From NCBI GenBank assembly GCA_965222955.1, contig OZ244974.1:1920226-1984225 (forward strand): a stretch of DNA of 64,000 nucleotides, in the 5' to 3' direction. Numbering within the stretch: the first letter of the stretch is position 1; every line of letters starts with the position of its first letter. The translations under genes and the position numbers were made by a program. This document shows, one piece after another, positions 6,975 to 17,393 of the stretch. The notes under the pieces are model-generated. The model did no database searches and had not been told where the DNA came from. It worked only from the letters and a program-made list of their open reading frames with translations. The DNA is from Hyphomicrobiales bacterium. Its GTDB lineage: Bacteria; Pseudomonadota; Alphaproteobacteria; Rhizobiales; CBDCVD01.

Positions 6975-9467
6975 GTGGCGCAAGGGGGAGCGGTTGTGCC
7001 GGAGTCCATGGGAGAGAAATACAGGGAGGTCATGGCCCTTGCCGGTCATGTGAACGGCGCATCGGATGGTGTGCGTACACTTTGGCTTGGCTTTCTCGCC
7101 TTTATGACGTTTCTGGCTCTGGCGGTGTTTGGCACCACCCACGAGGATTTGTTTCTTGAGACGCCTCTGGCGCTGCCGCCGCCGGTATCCGTTGAGATCA
7201 ATCTATGGGGATTTTACTTCATTGCGCCGCTTATTCTGGTGGTGATTCACGGCTATCTGTTGTTAAAGCTGCTTTTTCTCAAATACGTTTATGATGACTT
7301 CGAGGCGCAGGTCAGGAAAGATATTGGCCTTCGTATTGACAGAGTGCAGGCGCGCAAGCACTTGAACATCACCCTTTTTACGCGCGTTCTCATGTCCCTT
7401 GGCGGTTTTATCAGTGACGCGCCCTTGAACGGGGCGGAATGGAGACGCCGTTATACTGTTCGGGTGGCGACGCTGTTTTTGGCGGTGACGGTGATCGTAC
7501 TCCCATTGAGCGCGCTGCTGTTTATCTGGATAAGGTTTCTGCCCTATCAGTATGAGGCGGCGACCCTGTGGCACCGGGTTTTGTTCGCCATCGACATGAT
7601 CGCCATTGTCTGGGCGGTATGGATGATTGCCGGTTTTCGCCTTCTGGCGCGGATGTGTCTTGTCCTGTTTGTTTTATTGATTCTAGCTGCATTATCGATA
7701 CGCCATGACGTAATCGGTCGTCTTGTTCAGTTTGCTCAGAAGGGAGGGGAAATGCCGGACTGGCAGCAATGGCTGATTGTAGTCATCCTCTTCGCTATTG
7801 TTCTCGCGGGTATCGTTTTTCGAAAGTTACTTGGAAATGTGATTCGTTATATTTTCAAGATTGTCGAACGCGTTTGGACTGATTTTGTAGCTCTTCTGTC
7901 CGATGGATTCCGGCACTTTGCGGAACAGTCTTTTTCGTATTTTGTCAAAACGATGGGGTTGTTTTTCATTTTCTGCGGTCCGGCGCTGGTTGTTTTGCCG
8001 GCGTGGTTCCTGTTTACCTTTCCACGGGAGTGCTTGCAGGATGATCGAAAATGGGATGATGGGCGCTATCAATGGACTGGCGGCGAGGCGTGGTGCTGGG
8101 ACAGGAATGCCGTCTCAACGGGACTTGTCGATACACTCAAATTGCGGCGTATCACAGACCGCAAGCGTAGCACAGATGGTAAGGAGGCTCCAAAAATGGA
8201 CTTTGGTACGGATGCCCTTCTTTGGCCACCGGTGACGCTGAACGTGGCATCGCAACAGATTGTTTATCATCGCTTTGTGCGTGAGCAGGGCGGTGACCTG
8301 ACGGCGTTAAAACGCACCCTGAATTTGGAGGGCCGTTCTTTTGTCGGCGCTGATCTGCAGGACGTGGACTTGCGAAAAGCCTATCTGGTTGGCGCTGACT
8401 TACGCGGCATCATCGGTAAAAACCTGAACCTGAAAGGCGCAGCATTGCAGGGGAGCCACCTGCAGGCGGCGAATATGCGGGAGGCCGAACTGCAGGGGGC
8501 GGATTTGCTGTTTGCTAACCTGCAGGAGGCGGAATTGTGGGAGGCCCAGCTGCAGGGGGCGAATTTGCGGTCGGCCCGCTTGCAGGGGGCGAAGTTGGGT
8601 TCTGCCCGCCTGCAGGGGGCGAATTTGCGGGGTGCTAACCTGCAGGGGGCGGATTTGCTGTTTGCTAACCTGCAGGGGGCGGATTTGGAGGGTGCCCAGC
8701 TGCAGGGGGCGGATTTGCTGTTTGCTAACCTGCAGGGGGCGAATTTGGAGTGGGCTGAGCTGCAGGGGGCGGATTTGGTGGGTGCCCACCTGCAGGGGGC
8801 GGATTTGCTGTTTGCTAACCTGCAGGGGGCGAATTTGGTGGGTGCCTACCTGCAGGGGGCGCTAATGTACAAAACGGCCCTGTGGCGGGCGGAACCGCCA
8901 GGGGACCTAAAGGGCGTAACAGGTGTTGCGCTGGACTTTACCCCCCTGAACAATGCCGCAAGCCAGATAAGTGCATGGCTGAAAAACGTGCCTGATGGAG
9001 ACGAAAAAGCAGCAAATGGAAACACAAAAAAAGCAGCAAAAGAACGCCTTGAAGTGCTGACGCGCAGTGCGAAACAACAGGACAAGGAAAACAAAAAGCG
9101 CTGGGAGGCTCAGACGGCCATCAACATCTCCGATTCAGAGGAGCGCAACAAGGCCATAGATGATCATTTAAAGGCGCAATATGACATATATAAAGCGCTC
9201 TTGTGTCCCCCAGGTGACCAGATCGGCGATGAACGCAAAAATTTCCTGGTCGAAACCGATGCCATCGCCACAGCCGTGACAGAGCGATGGTCACTAATTT
9301 TGCAGTTACGCAAAGCGTCGCTCAATGTCCAGGCAAGCGCCGTCGAAAAATTCTTGTACGAGCTGGCTTTTAAAACACTCCAAACCTATAGCAAGCTTTT
9401 GCAACATATCCGCGCCTGCCGGGCGGAAAAGCCCGCCACGGCCAACACCGCGGTAACCAACGAATAA
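6975..9467 (+). CDS. Polytopic membrane protein with a C-terminal pentapeptide-repeat domain
   Basis: 830 aa. There are about 7 hydrophobic helices in the first 390 aa. About 190 aa of A(D/N)LxG-type pentapeptide repeats follow (ADLQDVDLRKAYLVGADLRG ... ANLQGANLVGAYLQGA). The protein ends in a Lys/Glu-rich helical tail. The start is uncertain: GTG 6975 or ATG 7008. Confidence 0.75.
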   Translation: MAQGGAVVPESMGEKYREVMALAGHVNGASDGVRTLWLGFLAFMTFLALAVFGTTHEDLFLETPLALPPPVSVEINLWGFYFIAPLILVVIHGYLLLKLLFLKYVYDDFEAQVRKDIGLRIDRVQARKHLNITLFTRVLMSLGGFISDAPLNGAEWRRRYTVRVATLFLAVTVIVLPLSALLFIWIRFLPYQYEAATLWHRVLFAIDMIAIVWAVWMIAGFRLLARMCLVLFVLLILAALSIRHDVIGRLVQFAQKGGEMPDWQQWLIVVILFAIVLAGIVFRKLLGNVIRYIFKIVERVWTDFVALLSDGFRHFAEQSFSYFVKTMGLFFIFCGPALVVLPAWFLFTFPRECLQDDRKWDDGRYQWTGGEAWCWDRNAVSTGLVDTLKLRRITDRKRSTDGKEAPKMDFGTDALLWPPVTLNVASQQIVYHRFVREQGGDLTALKRTLNLEGRSFVGADLQDVDLRKAYLVGADLRGIIGKNLNLKGAALQGSHLQAANMREAELQGADLLFANLQEAELWEAQLQGANLRSARLQGAKLGSARLQGANLRGANLQGADLLFANLQGADLEGAQLQGADLLFANLQGANLEWAELQGADLVGAHLQGADLLFANLQGANLVGAYLQGALMYKTALWRAEPPGDLKGVTGVALDFTPLNNAASQISAWLKNVPDGDEKAANGNTKKAAKERLEVLTRSAKQQDKENKKRWEAQTAINISDSEERNKAIDDHLKAQYDIYKALLCPPGDQIGDERKNFLVETDAIATAVTERWSLILQLRKASLNVQASAVEKFLYELAFKTLQTYSKLLQHIRACRAEKPATANTAVTNE
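8455..8870 (+). repeat. Coding tandem repeat (30-bp unit) within the pentapeptide domain
   Basis: Reiterated ctgcagggggcggatttgctgtttgctaac (LQGADLLFAN) with minor variants. A CTGCAG occurs at each unit. Confidence 0.9.
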
Positions 9468-9555
9468 TACGCCAATCGCGAAAAAGGGTGCGCCCAAAGC
9501 CAGTGCAAAGCTCTTTCCACAGGCAGGTTTTGGGGGCCCGGGCTTTTCGCGCCGC

Positions 9556-11745
9556 CTACGACACCAGCCCGTGCCGTGCCATGGGCAATTCGCGCACCCG
9601 CTTATTCGTCGCCCTGGCGATGGCGTTCGCCAAAGCCGGCCCGATGGGCGGCGTGCCCGGCTCGCCAATACCCGTCGGCGCCACGCTTGAGGGCACAATA
9701 TGCACATCAATGCGCGGCATGTCCGACATGCGCAAGGGCATATAGTCGTAAAAATTCGACTGATCCACCTCGCCGTCCGTCAGACTCAGTTCCTCCCGCA
9801 GGATCGCCGAAAGCCCATAGCCCACCGCGCCCTGTACCTGCGCACGGATAATGTCGGGATTGATGGGAACGCCGCAATCCACCGCGCAGGTAACGCGCTC
9901 AAGTTTTACAGTGCCGTCATCGTTCATGGAAATCTCGGCAATTTCGGCCACAATCGAACCGAAACTCTTGTGCACCGCAACCCCGCGGCTGCGCCCCGCT
10001 GGCGGCGGTTGATGCCAGCCCGCCTTCTCGGCGGCAAGGCGCAGAACCGCCGCCTTGCGCGGATCGTCGTGAAGCAGATCAAGGCGATAATCCACCGGAT
10101 CCAGCCCGGCGGCGCTCGCCAACTCGTCGATCATCGTCTCCACCACATAGGCGGTGTGGGTGTGCCCCACCGAGCGCCACCACAGGGTCGGAGTGCCGTT
10201 GTCGGGATGGTGCACATCGATATTGAGCGCGGCCGTGCGATACGTCATGTCGTCAATCCCCTCAATGGAGGAGTGATCAACGCCGTCCTTTACTATAAAC
10301 GCCTCAAAGGCGGTGCCCTTGAACATGCTTTGGCCGACGATCCGATGCTCCCAGCCGACGATATTGCCCCCGGCATCAACGCCGGCGCGCACGCGGTGGA
10401 CATGCAGGGGACGATAGTAGCCGCCCTTTACATCGTCCTCGCGGGTGTAGACAAGCTTGATCGGCTGGCGGCGCCCGGAAACCCTGGCGATCGTCGCCGC
10501 CTCCGCCACATAGTGGGAATCGTAAATGGCGCGCCGACCAAACGAGCCGCCCGCCCACAGGGTGTTGATCCTCACGTTCTCCGCCGAAATTCCCAACACC
10601 GCCGCCGCCACGTTCTGATCCAGGGTCTGCAATTGCGAGCCGTGCCAGAAAGTCGCCGTGCTGCCATCGAACTGCACCGTTACGTCAATGGGCTCCATGG
10701 GCGTGTGGGCCAGATAGGGAAAGACGTAGTCCGCCTCGATCACGTGGGCGGCATCTTTCAGCGCCGCCGCCGAATCGCCGCGCGCAACCGCGACCGTACC
10801 CGGCTTGTCAAGCAGCGCCCTGTATTCCCCGATCATCGTGGCGCTGCTGCGCTGTTCCGCCTGCGAGAAGTCCCATTCAATCTCCAGAAGATCGCGCGCC
10901 TTGATGGCAGGCCAGGTGGACGTGGCCAGCACGCTAACGCCCTGGGGGATTTGGATCACATCCACAACCCCGCGCACGTTGCGCGCCGCATCGGCGTTGA
11001 AACGCTTCACAGTACCGCCGAACCGGGGCGGGCGCGCCGTCACCGCAACAAGCATGTCCTCCATCTGTACGTCCATACCATAGAGGCCGACGGAGCCGGT
11101 GGTTTTCTGCGCCAGTTCGATACGGGGGAATTCCTTGCCGATATAACGCCATTGGGCGGGGGCCTTCAGGGGGGCGTCTTTCGGTACGTCCAGTCCGCCC
11201 GCCCGCGCCGCCAGATCGCCAAGGGGCGCCGACTTGCCGCTCCCATGGCTGAGCACGCCGTTATCGATCGTGATTTCGCCCGCCGCAACACCCCATTCGG
11301 CCGCCGCCGCCGCCATCAGCATGGCGCGCGCCGTCGCACCGGCGCGCCGGTATTGCTCGAACGAATTGGCCATGGCGGTGGAGCCGCCGGTGCCCTGCAC
11401 GCCGAACGCAAAGTTCTTGTAAACGGCCACATCGGCCGGGGCGAAGTCCACCCGCATCTGCGCAATGGACGCATCGAGTTCCTCGGCCACGAGGGTTGCC
11501 AGTCCTGTCGCCGAGCCCTGTCCCTTGTCCAGGTGCTTGGCAATCACCGTGACCATATTGTCCGGCGAGATATGCACAAACGGCATAACAAGCGAATCCG
11601 CCTGTGCCTTCGCCGCAGCGCCGGTGGAAGAGCCCGGCAGCCTGGCACCGATCAGCAGGCCACCAACAGCGCCCGCAGACAGTGTGACAAACGTGCGCCG
11701 GTCCGGCCGGGCAGCGGTAAGGGGTTTTTCAAGATAGTTTAGCAT
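9556..11745 (-). CDS. Molybdopterin-binding large subunit of a xanthine dehydrogenase-family oxidoreductase (IorB/aldehyde oxidoreductase-like)
   Basis: 729 aa. Twin-arginine signal [19 protein letters not shown]. Motifs include [11 protein letters not shown] and WAGGSFGRR. It directly follows the 2Fe-2S subunit gene. Confidence 0.85.
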   Translation of the reverse strand: MLNYLEKPLTAARPDRRTFVTLSAGAVGGLLIGARLPGSSTGAAAKAQADSLVMPFVHISPDNMVTVIAKHLDKGQGSATGLATLVAEELDASIAQMRVDFAPADVAVYKNFAFGVQGTGGSTAMANSFEQYRRAGATARAMLMAAAAAEWGVAAGEITIDNGVLSHGSGKSAPLGDLAARAGGLDVPKDAPLKAPAQWRYIGKEFPRIELAQKTTGSVGLYGMDVQMEDMLVAVTARPPRFGGTVKRFNADAARNVRGVVDVIQIPQGVSVLATSTWPAIKARDLLEIEWDFSQAEQRSSATMIGEYRALLDKPGTVAVARGDSAAALKDAAHVIEADYVFPYLAHTPMEPIDVTVQFDGSTATFWHGSQLQTLDQNVAAAVLGISAENVRINTLWAGGSFGRRAIYDSHYVAEAATIARVSGRRQPIKLVYTREDDVKGGYYRPLHVHRVRAGVDAGGNIVGWEHRIVGQSMFKGTAFEAFIVKDGVDHSSIEGIDDMTYRTAALNIDVHHPDNGTPTLWWRSVGHTHTAYVVETMIDELASAAGLDPVDYRLDLLHDDPRKAAVLRLAAEKAGWHQPPPAGRSRGVAVHKSFGSIVAEIAEISMNDDGTVKLERVTCAVDCGVPINPDIIRAQVQGAVGYGLSAILREELSLTDGEVDQSNFYDYMPLRMSDMPRIDVHIVPSSVAPTGIGEPGTPPIGPALANAIARATNKRVRELPMARHGLVS

Positions 11746-12204
11746 TTAACCCTCCAGAAGGTCAGCGGCGCGATGGATGGCGTCGCGAATGCGCACATAA
11801 GTCGCGCAGCGGCACAGATTACCGGACATGGCTTCATCGATATCCGCATCGCTGGGCCTGTTATTTTCCTCCAGCAGGCGGCTCGCCGACATGATCTGCC
11901 CCGATTGACAATAGCCGCATTGGGGGACATTCAACTCGACCCAGGCCTTGCGTATGGCGGTTGCGGCAGGCGACTCCAGCCCCTCGATTGTCGTCACGGT
12001 GGCGCCGTCGACGTCCTCAATGGCCGTTTGACAGGCGCGCACCGGCTCGCCGTTCACATAGACCGTGCAGGCGCCACACGAGGCGACGCCGCAGCCGAAT
12101 TTGGTGCCGGTCATTTTAAGCGAATCGCGAATCACCCACAACAGGGGCGTGTCAGCATCGACATCGACGCGCGCCCGGGTGCCGTTAATCGTAAATTTCA
12201 CCAT
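11746..12204 (-). CDS. [2Fe-2S]-binding small subunit (IorA-like)
   Basis: 152 aa with cysteine motifs CGVASCGACTV and QCGYCQSGQIM...CRCATY. Confidence 0.9.
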   Translation of the reverse strand: MVKFTINGTRARVDVDADTPLLWVIRDSLKMTGTKFGCGVASCGACTVYVNGEPVRACQTAIEDVDGATVTTIEGLESPAATAIRKAWVELNVPQCGYCQSGQIMSASRLLEENNRPSDADIDEAMSGNLCRCATYVRIRDAIHRAADLLEG

Positions 12205-12424
12205 AGAAAATCTCCCTGATGAACGGTTGAAAGATCAAAATCGCCGTCAACTGCAATAATACCGGCGGTATAGGCTTTGTGGACGCGCCGGCTGGTGTCC
12301 TGCCGGTGTAACATCACGCGTTAATGCCGGGTTGTGAGCGACCGGCAAGCGCTTTTGGTGTAATCCTGAAGAAACAGCGCAAGGCGAAGGCGCGCCGTCC
12401 GGATAATGTGTCGTACAACCGGAA

Positions 12425-12796
12425 CTACTCGCCAACGAATTTGCCGTACACCCAACCGCGATTACCATCGTATACGACCTTGCACCAGCGCATTTTCGCC
12501 GCCAAACGCTGCTCGGCGCCGGTTAATTTCTGCCACTCGCCATAATTGTACTCCGGATAGCACCCTGCGTTGGTCAGGCCCGTGGCATTATGGGGGATAC
12601 GCGCAACAATACGGAATTCCGTCGAGGGACCGCGGCGAAGGTTCAAATAATCATTGGCACGAACACCGACCACACGCCACGTATCGGGGCCGTCGGCGTC
12701 CGCCAGCACGCTCCCAACAACCCCCAGGCCAGCAAGCAACAGGGCAAAAACCATCAGATGCAGAGCCTTTATCGGAAATACGCGACGGATATACAT
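12425..12796 (-). CDS. Secreted SH3b-domain protein
   Basis: N-terminal signal/TM segment LHLMVFALLLAGLGVV. WRVVGVRANDYLNLRRGPSTEFRIVARIP...WCKVVYDGNRGWVYGKFV is a bacterial SH3 pattern. The start is either ATG 12796 or GTG 12808. Confidence 0.65.
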   Translation of the reverse strand: MYIRRVFPIKALHLMVFALLLAGLGVVGSVLADADGPDTWRVVGVRANDYLNLRRGPSTEFRIVARIPHNATGLTNAGCYPEYNYGEWQKLTGAEQRLAAKMRWCKVVYDGNRGWVYGKFVGE

Positions 12797-13055
12797 GGCG
12801 ATCCCCACGGGTTGTGGTGCATTCGTCTATAGCGATTCCCCCCGTGCGGGAAATCACCTCCTGATGCTAGACTGGATTCACGTCAGCGGTCAAGACGGGA
12901 ACCGGTCAAAACGATGCCGCAGTTTGACCATAGCCTTCGTTGTAGCACCCCCTTGCCGGATCATCCCGGCCGCACACGGCCCTGGCGATCACAACGGGCA
13001 GCGCATTATAGCAGATCGTATCCCTGTAGAGCCATCGCTTTAATGGAGTAAACTC

Positions 13056-13880
13056 ATGAAACTGTTCAGGAAAACAAGGGAATTGACCAGGTTCTCGCTG
13101 CTTTGCGGTCTTTGCATGATCGTCCTGGGGTGTTCGGGATATAGCGAAAACGATACCAGGGTCCAGATACAGCTAACGGGTAAGACGTTGTATTTTGCCG
13201 GTGATTTCACCCCGCAGACCATTCGGCGATTTCGCGATGTGACCGCAAAACTCGATGCCGGCGTGCTCGATCGCATCATCATCAACTCCGGTGGCGGCAG
13301 TACCGAAATCGGCCGCGAGATCGGACGGTGGGTTTATCGATTGGGCCTGGATGTGGAGATCGAAGGGAAGTGTTTTTCCTCCTGTGCAAACTACGTCTTT
13401 CCGGCAGGTGCAAGAAAGGTAATCCGTGACGGTGCCTTTGTCGGCTGGCATGGGTCTGAAACGCAGTACGAGATATTGGCGCTGAGTGATCCCAGGCGAT
13501 CGGCTGCAGAACTTGAGCGGCAAGAGCTTCAGCGTGCGTTGCTCCAGGCAAATAACATGTCGGTTTCGAGCCCGGAGTTCAGGGCAATGCTTGGCGAGCA
13601 ACTAAAACGTATGGAGGTGTCCCGCCAGGACGAGGCGGCCTTCTTCAACGAGATTGGTATTGATCGGGAGTTCACGCTTCACGGGCATCGTCCGAAACAT
13701 TTTCCCGGATTGAAGGCGAGTGGCAAGCCCGGATGGACCTACAGCATCGCTGATATGGCGCGCCTGGGACTGCGTCGCGTCCTGTACGCCGGTTCGGGCA
13801 ACTACGCGGACTCACCGGCTGTTCGCAGAAATGTCAAAGTGCTGAACTACATTTCTTCAATCGTACCGGGCAAAAGCTAA
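13056..13880 (+). CDS. Hypothetical lipoprotein, possibly ClpP/SppA-like fold (COG3904-like periplasmic protein)
   Basis: Lipobox VLGCSG. The segment IIINSGGGSTEIGREIGRWVYRLGLDVEIEGKCFSSCANYVFPAG resembles periplasmic ClpP-fold proteins. Confidence 0.45.
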   Translation: MKLFRKTRELTRFSLLCGLCMIVLGCSGYSENDTRVQIQLTGKTLYFAGDFTPQTIRRFRDVTAKLDAGVLDRIIINSGGGSTEIGREIGRWVYRLGLDVEIEGKCFSSCANYVFPAGARKVIRDGAFVGWHGSETQYEILALSDPRRSAAELERQELQRALLQANNMSVSSPEFRAMLGEQLKRMEVSRQDEAAFFNEIGIDREFTLHGHRPKHFPGLKASGKPGWTYSIADMARLGLRRVLYAGSGNYADSPAVRRNVKVLNYISSIVPGKS

Positions 13881-13916
13881 AGTGTCTTGCATATAGAGCG
13901 GATCAGGCGCTGCCCG

Positions 13917-15395
13917 CTATGAGATGTCCAGTTTGCGGCGCAGCGCATCGTTGACCGCCTGGGGGTTCGCCTTGCCCTTGCTGGCCTTCATGACCTGACC
14001 AACAAACCAGCCGATCAGTCCGGGTTTGGTGGCAACGCGCGCCACTTGTTCCGGATTGGCGGCGATGACGTCATCAATGATGGCGTCGATGGCGCCGGTG
14101 TCGGTGATCTGTGTCAGGCCGCGAGCGGCGACGATGGCCGCCGGATCGCCCCCCTCGCGCCAGACGATCTCGAACACGTCCTTGGCGATCTTGCCGGATA
14201 TGTCGCCGCGCGCGATCAGATCCAGAATGGCGCCCATCTGATCGCTGGAGACCGGGCTTTCGGAAATCGTCAGCCCCTCGCGATTAAGCCGGCCGAACAG
14301 GGTGTTGATCACCCAGTTGGCCACCTGTTTCGGCTCGCGCCCGCCAACGACGCTCTCAAAGTAATCGGCCGCCTCGCGTTCGGCCGTCAGAATGCCGGCG
14401 TCATAGGCGCCAAGGCCGAATGCGTCCATAAAACGCTGCCGTTTGTCGTCGGGGAGTTCGGGAAGAGATGCCGCAAGAGAATCAACAAATGACGGATCGA
14501 GCGTTAATGGCAACAGATCGGGGCAGGGGAAATAGCGATAATCATGGGCCTCCTCCTTGGAGCGCATGGAACGGGTGATCCCTTTCGCCGCATCGAAAAG
14601 GCGCGTTTCCTGCTCGATCGTACCGCCATCTTCCAGAATATCGATCTGCCGCCGCGCCTCGTAATCGATGGCCTGGGCGGCAAAGCGCATGGAGTTGACA
14701 TTTTTTATCTCGCAACGCGTCCCCAGGTCTCCCCCCGGGCGGCGCACCGAAATATTGACATCGGCGCGCAAGTGGCCCTTTTCCATATCCGCCTCCGAGG
14801 TACCCAGGTACTTCAGGATTGAGCGCAGTTTGGCGATATAGGCACGCGCCTCGTCGGCGGATCGCAGGTCCGGTCTGGAGACGATTTCCATGAGCGCCAC
14901 GCCGGAGCGGTTCAGATCGACAAAACTCATTGTCGGGTGTTGATCGTGCATGGACTTGCCAGCGTCCTGTTCCAGGTGCAGGCGTTCGATGCCGATCGTG
15001 ATCGGCGCCCGGTCCTTCATATGGAGGGTGATTTCTCCCTCGCCGACAATGGGGTCCTTGTACTGGGAAATCTGATAGCCCTGCGGCAGATCGGGATAGA
15101 AGTAGTTCTTGCGATCAAAGACGGAGCGCAGATTGATTTTGGCGCGAAGGCCCAGACCAGTGCGCACCGCCTGGGCGACGCAGGCCTTGTTGATGACCGG
15201 CAACATGCCCGGCATGGCCGCATCGACAAGGGAGACGTGATCGTTCGGCTCACCGCCAAAGGCCGTCGGGGCGCCGGAAAAGAGCTTGGCGCGGGAAGCC
15301 ACCTGGGCGTGTACCTCAAGACCAATGACCACTTCCCAGTCGCCGCTGGCGCTGCGAATCCAATCTTTCCTGCTGGCGATACGTTCCGCACCCAT
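13917..15395 (-). CDS. gatB: Asp/Glu-tRNA amidotransferase subunit B
   Basis: [28 protein letters not shown] and a C-terminal YqeY-like tail. I prefer ATG 15395 (AGGA 7 nt upstream) over the track start at 15431. Confidence 0.93.
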   Translation of the reverse strand: MGAERIASRKDWIRSASGDWEVVIGLEVHAQVASRAKLFSGAPTAFGGEPNDHVSLVDAAMPGMLPVINKACVAQAVRTGLGLRAKINLRSVFDRKNYFYPDLPQGYQISQYKDPIVGEGEITLHMKDRAPITIGIERLHLEQDAGKSMHDQHPTMSFVDLNRSGVALMEIVSRPDLRSADEARAYIAKLRSILKYLGTSEADMEKGHLRADVNISVRRPGGDLGTRCEIKNVNSMRFAAQAIDYEARRQIDILEDGGTIEQETRLFDAAKGITRSMRSKEEAHDYRYFPCPDLLPLTLDPSFVDSLAASLPELPDDKRQRFMDAFGLGAYDAGILTAEREAADYFESVVGGREPKQVANWVINTLFGRLNREGLTISESPVSSDQMGAILDLIARGDISGKIAKDVFEIVWREGGDPAAIVAARGLTQITDTGAIDAIIDDVIAANPEQVARVATKPGLIGWFVGQVMKASKGKANPQAVNDALRRKLDIS

Positions 15396-15490
15396 GAGCC
15401 CATCCTGACTTAAACAAAGGGACGTCTGCATCGCCGTTGATAGCCAAGCACAGTACGAACTGCAATCAAAAAGATCGCTGGCGGCCGTGG

Positions 15491-15550
15491 GTGTGATCTT
15501 TCAGCAGATTGTGCCCGGGACGGGCGATCCTGAAGCGACCCGTTGCGCCT
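15491..15550 (+). repeat. Family C, outer-left arm only
   Basis: gtgtgatctttcagcagattgtgcccgggacgggcgatcctgaagcgacc. Confidence 0.75.
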
Positions 15551-15611
15551 TTTGGAAGCGCCATTTTGGAAGTAAGAGAATGGATCGAATTCGCGGAAGC
15601 CGCCAAATGAT

Positions 15612-16203
15612 TTATACCAGCGGTATTGGCGTTTGTACGCGCTGACTTGTGTGTCGTGCTGATAAGACAACGGTTGTAAACCGGGTCAGGAGTCAAACGC
15701 AAGTCCCTTGTATGCCAGCGGTATTGGCGTTTGTACACGCTGACTTGTGTGTCGTGCTGATAAGACAACGGTTGTAAACCGGGTCAGGAGTCAAACGCAA
15801 GTCCCTTGTATGCCAGCGGCATTGGCGTTTGTACGCGCTAACTTGTGTGTCGTGCTGATAAGACAACGGTTGTAAACCGGGTCAGGAGTCAAACGCAAGT
15901 CCCTTGTATGCCAGCGGTATTGGCGTTTGTACGCGCTAACTTGTGTGTCGTGCTGATAAGACAACGGTTGTAAACCGGGTCAGGAGTCAAACGCAAGTCC
16001 CTTGTATGCCAGCGGTATTGGGGTTTGTACGCGCTGACTCGTGTGTCGTGCTGATAAGACAACGGTTGTAAACTGCGCCGGGAGTCAAACGTAAGTCCCT
16101 GTATACCAGCGGTATTGGGGTCGGTACGCGCTGACTTGTGTGTCGTGCTGATAAGACAACGGTTGTAAACCGGGCCAGGAGTCAAACCAAAGCCCCCTGG
16201 TAT
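15612..16203 (+). repeat. Tandem array of 6 head-to-tail R98 units (period 97-99 bp)
   Basis: Unit starts (tat[ag]ccagcgg) are at 15612, 15710, 15809, 15907, 16005 and 16102. The units abut with no unique spacers. Confidence 0.95.
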
Positions 16204-16268
16204 TACAGATCGGTGTCCGTGTTTTCGCGACCCTGGTTCCTACTCTTGTTTGCGGCCTTTCTCTGAGC

Positions 16269-17393
16269 CTAATTCTGAGCCGCTTTAGCCTTGTTCCGGG
16301 CCTTGTTCCGGGCCTTGTTCCTGGCTTTGCTCCGGGCCTTGTTCTGAGACGCTTTAGCCTTATTTCGGGCCTTGTTCCTGGCTTTGCTCCGGGCCTTGTT
16401 CTGAGACGCTTTAGCCTTATTTCGGGCCTTGTTCCTGGCTTTGCTCCGGGCCTTGTTCTGAGCTGCTTTTGCCTTCCTCCGGGCACTTTTGGCCTTACTC
16501 TGCGCGGCGCGCCTTGTCTTTTTTTCTGCTGTCCTGGTCTGGCGTGTGGCCTGCTTCCTTGCCTGTTTGGCGGCCCTTGCGGTACGCCTTGCTTCGCGTT
16601 GCGCCCTGGCAGCGGTACGTTTCGCCGCCTTTGTGGCCAGTTTTTCCGCCCGCGCAGCGGCCCGGTCGGCCTTACGCGCTGCACGTTTTGCGACCCTCTC
16701 GGCCTTCAGCGCCTCCCGCCTGGCCTTGCGTGCGGCCTGTCTGGCGCGTTTGGCAACGGCGCGCTGATTGCGAACGGAAGCATTTCGCCGCGTCTTGCGC
16801 TTTTTGACGCGCCGCTTTTTGCCGCCGGATTTTACGCGCAATCCGCGAAATACGCCTGATTTTGTTGTCGCCCGCTCGCCCTTGCGCAAGACGGTCGTTT
16901 CGCCACTGGCGTTGTCGTCGACTTCAACCGCGCCGCGGTTAACGTCAACCCGCGAGTTTTTCGCATTGACGCTAACCAGGAAACGGGTTCCCTTGACGGC
17001 CGCCACCAGATGGGGCGTATGCACGGAAAAATGCTGCGCCTTTCGCTTCTTTACCTCGTATTCAACCTTGCCGCGCGCCTGAATAATGATCGTATTCGCC
17101 ATCGAGCGGTTTTCGGGTGAAATCGTGATATGCGATCCCGGCGCCAGCATGATAAGTTCCTTGCCGCGCTTGATTACCGCGCGGGCGCGCTCACCGGTTG
17201 CCACTTTATCGCCGGCACGCAGTTTCATACCGGTGCGCGACTTGTACCACGTCTTGCCTTTCGCCGGAAAAACGTGCACATCTCCGGTGGTACGGCCCAG
17301 TATCCAGTCGGCGGCCGGCGCCATCGATACCGGTGCAAGCGCGCAGAACGCAACAAGGAAAAGACGAGATATGAGGGGAACTTTACAGCGCAT
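16269..17393 (-). CDS. Secreted FecR-domain protein with a roughly 190-aa Lys/Arg/Ala-rich repeat tail
   Basis: 374 aa. Signal peptide LFLVAFCALAPVSMAPAADW. FecR-like core RTGMKLRAGDKVATGERARAVI...VHTPHLVAAVKGTRFLV. A polycationic tail follows, ending in reiterated KAKASQNKARSKARNKARN. Confidence 0.75.
   Translation of the reverse strand: MRCKVPLISRLFLVAFCALAPVSMAPAADWILGRTTGDVHVFPAKGKTWYKSRTGMKLRAGDKVATGERARAVIKRGKELIMLAPGSHITISPENRSMANTIIIQARGKVEYEVKKRKAQHFSVHTPHLVAAVKGTRFLVSVNAKNSRVDVNRGAVEVDDNASGETTVLRKGERATTKSGVFRGLRVKSGGKKRRVKKRKTRRNASVRNQRAVAKRARQAARKARREALKAERVAKRAARKADRAAARAEKLATKAAKRTAARAQREARRTARAAKQARKQATRQTRTAEKKTRRAAQSKAKSARRKAKAAQNKARSKARNKARNKAKASQNKARSKARNKARNKAKASQNKARSKARNKARNKARNKAKAAQN
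16273..16470 (-). repeat. Coding tandem repeat (57-bp, 19-aa unit) in the FecR-protein tail
   Basis: ttctgag unit starts are at 16273, 16342, 16399 and 16456. Confidence 0.85.

Noticed and set aside
8400-8865. ORFs 8400..8789 (-) and 8512..8865 (+) with repetitive Q/R/P/L or C/R/G peptides.
   Set aside because: They are alternative-frame readings of the 30-bp pentapeptide-coding repeat. The pentapeptide frame is continuous with the flanking 830-aa ORF.
9700-11742. 680-aa ORF on the plus strand.
   Set aside because: It is exactly antisense to the well-supported molybdopterin subunit gene, it is Arg/Gly/His-rich with low complexity, and it is a typical GC-rich shadow ORF. The same reasoning applies to 41363-42619, 45692-46786, 54390-55835, 37674-38567, 35081-35824, 57885-58718, 50289-50975, 48655-49332, 23828-24556, 24842-25447 and 20845-21408.
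15410-16185. Track ORFs with the reiterated peptide SYQHDTQVS(A/V)YK(R/T)QYRW (also 18260-18538 on the other strand).
   Set aside because: They are read-through translations of the R98 tandem repeats. They occur on either strand depending on repeat orientation, and they lack starts with ribosome-binding sites.
15612-16203. Possible CRISPR array, given regularly spaced repeats.
   Set aside because: The 98-bp units abut directly with no unique spacers. The unit is far longer than a CRISPR repeat. No cas genes are present. The same unit occurs singly at many loci.
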